Shown here piece after piece: positions 51,751 to 62,810 of a stretch of DNA of 64,000 nucleotides (position 1 is its first letter; the number at the start of each line of letters is the position of its first letter). A program made the position numbers and the translations under genes. The stretch covers positions 167,214,001-167,278,000 of the forward strand of contig OZ024742.1 in the NCBI GenBank assembly GCA_964016885.1, in the 5' to 3' direction. The notes below the pieces were generated by a model. The model ran no database searches. It was not told where the DNA came from and saw nothing but the letters and a program-made list of their open reading frames with translations. The stretch is from Eledone cirrhosa. Lineage: Eukaryota.

Positions 51751-54054
51751 TAATTTTCAGCCGTCCAAGGGGAGATAATTTCCCGCCAGCCAAGGGAAGA
51801 TAATATTTAAAAAAATCAGGCGGAGATAATTTGTAAAAAAAATCAGGGGGAGATAATTTGTAAAAAAATCAGGGGGAGATAATTTGTAAAAAAAATCAAG
51901 GGGAGATAATTTCCAGCCGTCCAAGGGGAGGTAATATCTAGCCGTCCAAGGGGAGATAATTTCCAGCCGTCCAACAGGAGATAATTTCCAGCCGTCCAAG
52001 GGTAGATAATATCCAGCCGTCCAAGGAGACATATTTTCCAGCCGTCCAAGGAGAGGTAATTTCTAGCCGTCCAAGGGGAGATAAATTCCAGCCTCCAAGG
52101 GGAGATAATTTCAAGCCAGCCAAGGGGAGATAATTTGTAAAAAAAATCAGGGGGAGATAATTTGTAAAAAAAATCAGGGGTAGATAATTTGTAAAAAAAA
52201 ATCAGGGGGAGATAATTTGTAAAAAAAAATCAGGGGGAGATAATTTGTAAAAAAAATCAAGGGGAGATAATTTCCAGCCGTCGAAGGGAAGATAATTTCC
52301 AGCCCTCCAAGGGGCTATAATTTCCAGCGTCCAAGGGGAGATAATTTCCAGCCGTCCAAGGGGAGATAATTTCCAGCCGTCCAAGGGTAGATAATATCCA
52401 GCCGTCCAAGTAGACATTTTCCAGCCGTCCAAGGAGAGGTAATTTCTAGCCGTCCAAGGGGAGATAAATTCCAGCCTCCAAGGGAAGATAATTTCCAGCC
52501 AGCCAAGGGGAGATAATTTGTAAAAAAATCAGGGGGAGATAATTTGTAAAAAAAAATCAGGGGGAGATAATTTGTAAAAAAAAATCAGGGGGAGATAATT
52601 TGTAAAAAAAAATCAGGGGGAGATAATTTGTAAAAAAAATCAGGGGGAGATAATTTGTAAAAAAAATCAAGGGGAGATAATTTCCAGCCGTCCAAGGGGA
52701 GATAATTTTCAGCCGTCCAAGGGGAGATAATTTCCAGCCGTCCAAGGGGAGATAATTTCCATCCTTCCAAGGGGAGATAATTTCCAGCCGTCCAAGGGGA
52801 GATAATTTTCAGCCGTCCAAGGGGAGATAATTTCCCGCCAGCCAAGGGAAGATAATATTTTAAAAAATCAGGCGGAGATAATTTGTAAAAAAAATCAGGG
52901 GGAGATAATTTGTAAAAAAATCAGGGGGAGATAATTTGTAAAAAAAAAATCAGGGGGAGATAATTTGTAAAAAAAATCAGGGGGAGATAATTTGTAAAAA
53001 AAAATCAGGGGTAGATAATTTGTAAAAAAAAATCAGGGGGAGATAATTTGTAAAAAAAAAATCAGGGGGAGATAATTTGTAAAAAAAATCAAGGGGAGAT
53101 AATTTCCAGCCGTCCAAGGAGAGATAATTTAAAAAAAAAATCAGGCGGAGATAATTTGTAAAAAAAATCAAGGGGAGATAATTTGTAAAAAAAAATCAGG
53201 GGGAGATAATTTGTAAAAAAAATCAAGGGGAGATAATTTCCAGCCGTCCAAGGGAAGATAATTTCCAGCACTCCAACGGGCTATAATTTGCAGTGTCCAA
53301 GGGGAGATAATTTCCAGCCAGCGAAGGGGAGATAATTTTTTTAAAAAAATCAGGGGGAGATATGTAAAAAAAATCAGAGGGAGATAATTTCTAAAAAAAA
53401 TCAAAGGGAGATAATTTCCAGCCGTCCAAAGAGAGATAATTTCTAGCCGTCCAAGGGGAGATAATTTCCAGCCAAGGGGAGATAATTTCCAGCCGTCCAA
53501 GGGGAGATAATTATTTAAAAAATCAGGTGGAGATAATTTTTAAAAAAAAATCAGGGGGAGATAATTTGTAAAAAAAAATCAGGGGGAGATAATTTGTAAA
53601 AAAAATCAAGGGGAGATAATTTGTAAAAAAAAATCAAGGGGAGATAATTTCCAGCCGTCCAAGGGGAGATAATTTTCAGCCGTCCAAGGGGAGATAATTT
53701 CCCGCCAGCCAAGGAAAGATAATATTTAAAAAAATCAGGCGGAGATAATTTGTAAAAAAAATCAGGGGGAGATAATTTGTAAAAAAATCAGGGGGAGATA
53801 ATTTGTAAAAAAATAATCAGGGGGAGATAATTTGTAAAAAAAATCAGGGGGAGATAATTTGTAAAAAAAATCAGGGGGAGATAATTTGTAAAAAAAAATC
53901 AGGGGGAGATAATTTGTAAAAAAAATCAATTGGAGATAATTTCCAGCCGTCCAAGGGGAGATAATTTTCAGCCGTCCAAGGAGAGGTAATTTCTAGACGT
54001 CCAAGGGGAGATAATTTCCAGCCGTCCAAGGGGAGATAATTTCCAGCCGTCCAA

Positions 54055-56825
54055 GGGTAGATAATATCCAGCCGTCCAAGGAGACATATTTTCCAGCTTT
54101 CCAAGGAGAGGTAATTTCTAGCCGTCCAAGGGGAGATAAATTCCAGCCTCCAAGGGGAGATAATTTCCAGCCAGCCAAGGGGAGATAATTTGTAAAAAAA
54201 TCAGGGGGAGATAATTTGTAAAAAAAAATCAGGGGCAGATAATTTGTAAAAAAAATCAGGAGGAGATAATTTGTAAAAAAAATCAGGGGGGGATAATTTG
54301 TAAAAAAAATCAAGGGGAGATAATTTCCAGCCGTCCAAGGGGAGATAATTTTCAGCCGTCCAAGGGGAGATAATTTCCCGCCAGCCAAGGGAAGATAATA
54401 TTTAAAAAATGAGGCGGAGATAATTTGTAAAAAAAATCAGGGGGAGATAATTTGTAAAAAAATCAGGGGGAGATAATTTGTAAAAAAAAAATCAGGGAGA
54501 GATAATTTGTAAAAAAAATCAGGGGGAGATAATTTGTAAAAAAAAATCAGGGGTAGATAATTTGTAAAAAAAAATCAGGGGGAGATAATTTGTAAAAAAA
54601 ATCAGGGTGAGATAATTTGTAAAAAAAATCAAGGGGAGATAATTTCCAGCCGTCCAAGGGAAGATAATTTCAAGCCCTCCAAGGGGCTATAATTTCCAGT
54701 GTCCAAGGGGAGATAATTTCCAGCCAGCGAAGGGGAGAAAATTTTTTTTTTTAAATCAGGGGGAGATTTGTACAAAAAATCAGGGGGAGATAATTTGTAA
54801 AAAAAATCAAAGGGAGATAATTTCCAGCCGTCCAAAGAGAGATAATTTCTAGCCGTCCAAGGGGAGATAATTTCGAGCCAAGCGGAGATAATTTCCAGCC
54901 GTCCAAGGGGAGATAATTTTTTAAAAAATCAGGTGGAGATAATTTGTAAAAAAAATCAGGGGGAGATAATTTGTAAAAACAAAATCAAGGGCAGATAATT
55001 TCCAGCTGTCCAAGGGGAGATAATTTCCAGCCGTGCAAGGGGAGATAATTTCCAGCCGTCCAAGGGGAGATAATTTCCATCCTTCCAAGGGGAGATAATT
55101 TCCAGCCGTCCAAGGGGAGATAATTTCCCGCCAGCCAAGGGAAGATAATTTTTTAAAAAATCAGGCGGAGATTGTAAAAAAAATCAGGGGGAGATAATTT
55201 GTAAAAAAATCAGGGGGAGATAATTTGTAAAAAAATCAAGGGGAGATAATTTCCAGCTGTCCAAAGGGAGGTAATATCTAGCCGTCCAAGGGGAGATAAT
55301 TTCCAGCCGTCCAAGGGGAGATAATTTCCAGCCGTCCAAGGGTAGATAATATCCAGCCGTCCAAGGAGACATATTTTCCAGCCGTCCAAGGAGAGGTAAT
55401 TTCTAGCCGTCCAAGTGGAGATAAATTCCAGCCTCCAAGGGGAGGGTAGATAATATCCAGCCGTCCAAGGAGACATATTTTCCAGCTTTCCAAGGAGAGG
55501 TAATTTCTAGCCGTCCAAGGGGAGATAAATTCCAGCCTCCAAGGGGAGATAATTTCCAGCCAGCCAAGGGGAGATAATTTGTAAAAAAATCAGGGGGAGA
55601 TAATTTGTAAAAAAAAATCAGGGGCAGATAATTTGTAAAAAAATCAGGAGATAATTTGTAAAAAAAATCAGGGGGAGATAATTTGTAAAAAAAATCAAGG
55701 GGAGATAATTTCCAGCCGTCCAAGGGGAGATAATTTTCAGCCGTCCAAGGGGAGATAATTTCCCGCCAGCCAAGGGAAGATAATATTTAAAAAATGAGGC
55801 GGAGATAATTTGTAAAAAAAATCAGGGGGAGATAATTTGTAAAAAAATCAGGGGGAGATAATTTGTAAAAAAAAAATCAGGGAGAGATAATTTGTAAAAA
55901 AAATCAGGGGGAGATAATTTGTAAAAAAAAATCAGGGGTAGATAATTTGTAAAATAAATCAGGGGGAGATAATTTGTAAAAAAAATCAGGGTGAGATAAT
56001 TTGTAAAAAAAATCAAGGGGAGATAATTTCCAGCCGTCCAAGGGAAGATAATTTCAAGCCCTCCAAGGGGCTATAATTTCCAGTGTCCAAGGGGAGATAA
56101 TTTCCAGCCAGCGAAGGGGAGATAATTTTTTTTTTTAAATCAGGGGGAGATTTGTACAAAAAATCAGGGGGAGATAATTTGTAAAAAAAATCAAAGGGAG
56201 ATAATTTCCAGCCGTCCAAAGAGAGATAATTTCTAGCCGTCCAAGGGGAGATAATTTCGAGCCAAGCGGAGATAATTTCCAGCCGTCCAAGGGGAGATAA
56301 TTTTTTAAAAAATCAGGTGGAGATAATTTGTAAAAAAAATCAGGGGGAGATAATTTGTAAAAACAAAATCAAGGGCAGATAATTTCCAGCTGTCCAAGGG
56401 GAGATAATTTCCAGCCGTGCAAGGGGAGATAATTTCCAGCCGTCCAAGGGGAGATAATTTCCATCCTTCCAAGGGGAGATAATTTCCAGCCGTCCAAGGG
56501 GAGATAATTTCCCGCCAGCCAAGGGAAGATAAATTTTTAAAAAATCAGGCGGAGATTGTAAAAAAAATCAGGGGGAGATAATTTGTAAAAAAATCAGGGG
56601 GAGATAATTTGTAAAAAAATCAAGGGGAGATAATTTCCAGCTGTCCAAAGGGAGGTAATATCTAGCCGTCCAAGGGGAGATAATTTCCAGCCGTCCAAGG
56701 GGAGATAATTTCCAGCCGTCCAAGGGTAGATAATATCCAGCCGTCCAAGGAGACATATTTTCCAGCCGTCCAAGGAGAGGTAATTTCTAGCCGTCCAAGT
56801 GGAGATAAATTCCAGCCTCCAAGGG
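54055..56825 (+). repeat. Tandem ~1.39-kb duplication (occurrence 2)
   Basis: ORF pair 54956/56340 and the same junction GGGGAGGGTAG at ~55439-55449. Confidence 0.87.
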
Positions 56826-59800
56826 GAGATAATTTCCAGCCAGCCAAGGGGAGATAATTTGTAAAAAAATCAGGGGGAGATAATTTGTAAAAAAAATCAG
56901 GGGGAGATAATTTGTAAAAAAAAATCAGGGGGAGATAATTTGTAAAAAAAATCAGAGGGAGATAATTTGTAAAAAAAATCAAGGGGAGATAATTTCCAGC
57001 CGTCCAAGGAGAGATAATTTAAAAAAAAAATCAGGCGGAGATAATTTGTAAAAAAAAATCAGGGGGAGATAATTTGTAAAAAAAAATCAGGGGGAGATAA
57101 TTTGTAAAAAAAATCAAGGGGAGATAATTTCCAGCCGTCCAAGGGGAGATAATTTTCAGCCGTCCAAGGGGAGATAATTTCCAGCCGTCCAAGGGGAGAT
57201 AATTTGAAAAAAAAATCAGGCGGAGATAATTTGTAAAAAAAATCAAGGGGAGATAATTTGCAACCGTCCAAGGGGACATAATTTTCAGTCGTCCAAGGAG
57301 AGGTAATTTCTAGCCGTACAAGGGGAGATAATTTCCAGCCGTCCAAGGGGAGATAATTTCCAGCCGTCCAAGGGGAGATAATTTTTTTTTAAAAATCAGG
57401 CGGAGATAATTTGTAAAAAAAAAATCAGGGGGAGATAATTTGTAAAAAAAAATCAGGGGGAGATAATTTGTAAAAAAAATCAGGGGGAGATAATTTGTAA
57501 AAAAAATCAAGGGGAGATAATTTCCAGCCGTCCAAGGGAAGATAATTTCCAGCCCTCCAAGGGGCTATAATTTCCAGCGTCCAAGAGGAGATAATTTCCA
57601 GCCAGCGAAGGGGAGATAATTGTTTTAAAAAAATCATTGGGAGATTTGTAAAAAAAATCAGGGGGAGATAATTAATAAAAAAAATCAAGGGGAGATAATT
57701 TCCAGCCGTCCAAGGGGAGATAATTTCCAGCCGTCCAAGGGTAGATAATATCCAGCCGTCCAAGGAGACATATTTTCCAGCCGTCCAAGGAGAGGTAATT
57801 TCTAGCCGTCCAAGGGGAGATAAATTCCAGCCTCCAAGGGGAGATAATTTCCAGCCAGCCAAGGGGAGATAATTTGTAAAAAAATCAGGGGGAGATAATT
57901 TGTAAAAAAAAATCAGGGGTAGATAATTTGTAAAAAAAAATCAGGGGGAGATAATTTGTAAAAAAAAATCAGGGGGAGATAATTTGTAAAAAAAATCAAG
58001 GGGAGATAATTTCCAGCCGTCCAAGGAGAGATAATTTTTAAAAAAAATCAGGCGGAGATAATTTGTAAAAAAAAATCAGGGGGAGATAATTTGTAAAAAA
58101 AAATCAGGGGGAGATAATTTGTAAAAAAAATCAAGGGGAGATAATTTCCAGCCGTCCAAGGGGAGATAATTTCCAGCCGTCCAAGGGGAAATAATTTTTT
58201 TAAAAAAATCAGGCGGAGATAATTTGTAAAAAAAATCAGGGGGAGATAATTTGTAAAAAAAAATCAGGGGGAGATAATTTGTAAAAAAAAATCAGGGGGA
58301 GATAATTTCCAGCCGTCCAAGGTAAGATAATTTCCAGCCCTCCAAGGGGCTATAATTTCCAGCATCCAAGGGGAGATAATTTCCAGCCGTCCAAGGGTAG
58401 ATAATATCCAGCCGTCCAAGTAGACATATTTTCCAGCCGTCCAAGGAGAGGTAATTTCTAGCCGTCCAAGGGGAGATAAATTCCAGCCTCCAAAGGTAGA
58501 TAATTTCCAGCCAGCCAAGGGGAGATAATTTGTAAAAAAATCAGGGGGAGATAATTTGTAAAAAAAATCAGGGGGAGATAATTTGTAAAAAAAAATCAGG
58601 GGGAGATAATTTGTAAAAAAAAATCAGGGGGAGATAATTTGTAAAAAAAATCAAGGGGAGATAATTTCCAGCCGTCCAAGGGGAGATAATTTTCAGCCGT
58701 CCAAGGGGAGATAATTTCCAGCCGTCCAAGGGGAGATAATTTCCATCCTTCCAGGGGAGATAATTTCCAGCCGTCCAAGGGGAGATAATTTTCAGCCGTC
58801 CAAGGGGAGATAATTTCCCGCCAGCCAAGGGAAGATAATATTTTAAAAAATCAGGCGGAGATAATTTGTAAAAAAAATCAGGGGGAGATAATTTGTAAAA
58901 AAATCAGGGGGAGATAATTTGTAAAAAAAAAATCAGGGGGAGATAATTTGTAAAAAAAATCAGGGGGAGATAATTTGTAAAAAAAAATCAGGGGTAGATA
59001 ATTTGTAAAAAAAAATCAGGGGGAGATAATTTGTAAAAAAAAAATCAGGGGGAGATAATTTGTAAAAAAAATCAAGGGGAGATAATTTCCAGCCGTCCAA
59101 GGAGAGATAATTTAAAAAAAAAATCAGGCGGAGATAATTTGTAAAAAAAATCAAGGGGAGATAATTTGTAAAAAAAAATCAGGGGGAGATAATTTGTAAA
59201 AAAAATCAAGGGGAGATAATTTCCAGCCGTCCAAGGGAAGATAATTTCCAGCACTCCAACGGGCTATAATTTGCAGTGTCCAAGGGGAGATAATTTCCAG
59301 CCAGCGAAGGGGAGATAATTTTTTTAAAAAAATCAGGGGGAGATATGTAAAAAAAATCAGAGGGAGATAATTTCTAAAAAAAATCAAAGGGAGATAATTT
59401 CCAGCCGTCCAAAGAGAGATAATTTCTAGCCGTCCAAGGGGAGATAATTTCCAGCCAAGGGGAGATAATTTCCAGCCGTCCAAGGGGAGATAATTATTTA
59501 AAAAATCAGGTGGAGATAATTTTTAAAAAAAAATCAGGGGGAGATAATTTGTAAAAAAAAATCAGGGGGAGATAATTTGTAAAAAAAATCAAGGGGAGAT
59601 AATTTGTAAAAAAAAATCAAGGGGAGATAATTTCCAGCCGTCCAAGGGGAGATAATTTTCAGCCGTCCAAGGGGAGATAATTTCCCGCCAGCCAAGGAAA
59701 GATAATATTTAAAAAAATCAGGCGGAGATAATTTGTAAAAAAAATCAGGGGGAGATAATTTGTAAAAAAATCAGGGGGAGATAATTTGTAAAAAAAAAAT

Positions 59801-60038
59801 CAGGGGGAGATAATTTGTAAAAAAAATCAGGGGGAGATAATTTGTAAAAAAAAATCAGGGGGAGATAATTTGTAAAAAAAAATCAGGGGGAGATAATTTG
59901 TAAAAAAAATCAATTGGAGATAATTTCCAGCCGTCCAAGGGGAGATAATTTTCAGCCGTCCAAGGAGAGGTAATTTCTAGACGTCCAAGGGGAGATAATT
60001 TCCAGCCGTCCAAGGGGAGATAATTTCCAGCCGTCCAA

Positions 60039-62810
60039 GGGTAGATAATATCCAGCCGTCCAAGGAGACATATTTTCCAGCTTTCCAAGGAGAGGTAATT
60101 TCTAGCCGTCCAAGGGGAGATAAATTCCAGCCTCCAAGGGGAGATAATTTCCAGCCAGCCAAGGGGAGATAATTTGTAAAAAAATCAGGGGGAGATAATT
60201 TGTAAAAAAAAATCAGGGGCAGATAATTTGTAAAAAAAATCAGGAGGAGATAATTTGTAAAAAAAATCAGGGGGAGATAATTTGTAAAAAAATCAAGGGG
60301 AGATAATTTCCAGCCGTCCAAGGGGAGATAATTTTCAGCCGTCCAAGGGGAGATAATTTCCCGCCAGCCAAGGGAAGATAATATTTAAAAAATGAGGCGG
60401 AGATAATTTGTAAAAAAAATCAGGGGGAGATAATTTGTAAAAAAATTAGGGGGAGATAATTTGTAAAAAAAAAATCAGGGAGAGATAATTTGTAAAAAAA
60501 ATCAGGGGGAGATAATTTGTAAAAAAAAATCAGGGGTAGATAATTTGTAAAAAAAAATCAGGGGGAGATAATTTGTAAAAAAAATCAGGGTGAGATAATT
60601 TGTAAAAAAAATCAAGGGGAGATAATTTCCAGCCGTCCAAGGGAAGATAATTTCAAGCCCTCCAAGGGGCTATAATTTCCAGTGTCCAAGGGGAGATAAT
60701 TTCCAGCCAGCGAAGGGGAGATAATTTTTTTTTTTAAATCAGGGGGAGATTTGTACAAAAAATCAGGGGGAGATAATTTGTAAAAAAAATCAAAGGGAGA
60801 TAATTTCCAGCCGTCCAAAGAGAGATAATTTCTAGCCGTCCAAGGGGAGATAATTTCGAGCCAAGCGGAGATAATTTCCAGCCGTCCAAGGGGAGATAAT
60901 TTTTTAAAAAATCAGGTGGAGATAATTTGTAAAAAAAATCAGGGGGAGATAATTTGTAAAAACAAAATCAAGGGCAGATAATTTCCAGCTGTCCAAGGGG
61001 AGATAATTTCCAGCCGTGCAAGGGGAGATAATTTCCAGCCGTCCAAGGGGAGATAATTTCCATCCTTCCAAGGGGAGATAATTTCCAGCCGTCCAAGGGG
61101 AGATAATTTCCCGCCAGCCAAGGGAAGATAATTTTTTAAAAAATCAGGCGGAGATTGTAAAAAAAATCAGGGGGAGATAATTTGTAAAAAAATCAGGGGG
61201 AGATAATTTGTAAAAAAATCAAGGGGAGATAATTTCCAGCTGTCCAAAGGGAGGTAATATCTAGCCGTCCAAGGGGAGATAATTTCCAGCCGTCCAAGGG
61301 GAGATAATTTCCAGCCGTCCAAGGGTAGATAATATCCAGCCGTCCAAGGAGACATATTTTCCAGCCGTCCAAGGAGAGGTAATTTCTAGCCGTCCAAGTG
61401 GAGATAAATTCCAGCCTCCAAGGGGAGGGTAGATAATATCCAGCCGTCCAAGGAGACATATTTTCCAGCTTTCCAAGGAGAGGTAATTTCTAGCCGTCCA
61501 AGGGGAGATAAATTCCAGCCTCCAAGGGGAGATAATTTCCAGCCAGCCAAGGGGAGATAATTTGTAAAAAAATCAGGGGGAGATAATTTGTAAAAAAAAA
61601 TCAGGGGCAGATAATTTGTAAAAAAAATCAGGAGATAATTTGTAAAAAAAATCAGGGGGAGATAATTTGTAAAAAAAATCAAGGGGAGATAATTTCCAGC
61701 CGTCCAAGGGGAGATAATTTTCAGCCGTCCAAGGGGAGATAATTTCCCGCCAGCCAAGGGAAGATAATATTTAAAAAATGAGGCGGAGATAATTTGTAAA
61801 AAAAATCAGGGGGAGATAATTTGTAAAAAAATCAGGGGGAGATAATTTGTAAAAAAAAAATCAGGGAGAGATAATTTGTAAAAAAAATCAGGGGGAGATA
61901 ATTTGTAAAAAAAAATCGGGGGTAGATAATTTGTAAAAAAAATCAGGGGGAGATAATTTGTAAAAAAAATCAGGGTGAGATAATTTGTAAAAAAAATCAA
62001 GGGGAGATAATTTCCAGCCGTCCAAGGGAAGATAATTTCAAGCCCTCCAAGGGGCTATAATTTCCAGTGTCCAAGGGGAGATAATTTCCAGCCAGCGAAG
62101 GGGAGATAATTTTTTTTTTTAAATCAGGGGGAGATTTGTACAAAAAATCAGGGGGAGATAATTTGTAAAAAAAATCAAAGGGAGATAATTTCCAGCCGTC
62201 CAAAGAGAGATAATTTCTAGCCGTCCAAGGGGAGATAATTTCGAGCCAAGCGGAGATAATTTCCAGCCGTCCAAGGGGAGATAATTTTTTAAAAAATCAG
62301 GTGGAGATAATTTGTAAAAAAAATCAGGGGGAGATAATTTGTAAAAACAAAATCAAGGGCAGATAATTTCCAGCTGTCCAAGGGGAGATAATTTCCAGCC
62401 GTGCAAGGGGAGATAATTTCCAGCCGTCCAAGGGGAGATAATTTCCATCCTTCCAAGGGGAGATAATTTCCAGCCGTCCAAGGGGAGATAATTTCCCGCC
62501 AGCCAAGGGAAGATAATTTTTTAAAAAATCAGGCGGAGATTGTAAAAAAAATCAGGGGGAGATAATTTGTAAAAAAATCAGGGGGAGATAATTTGTAAAA
62601 AAATCAAGGGGAGATAATTTCCAGCTGTCCAAAGGGAGGTAATATCTAGCCGTCCAAGGGGAGATAATTTCCAGCCGTCCAAGGGGAGATAATTTCCAGC
62701 CGTCCAAGGGTAGATAATATCCAGCCGTCCAAGGAGACATATTTTCCAGCCGTCCAAGGAGAGGTAATTTCTAGCCGTCCAAGTGGAGATAAATTCCAGC
62801 CTCCAAGGGG
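60039..62810 (+). repeat. Tandem ~1.39-kb duplication (occurrence 3)
   Basis: ORF pair 60939/62324 and the same junction at ~61422-61432. Confidence 0.87.
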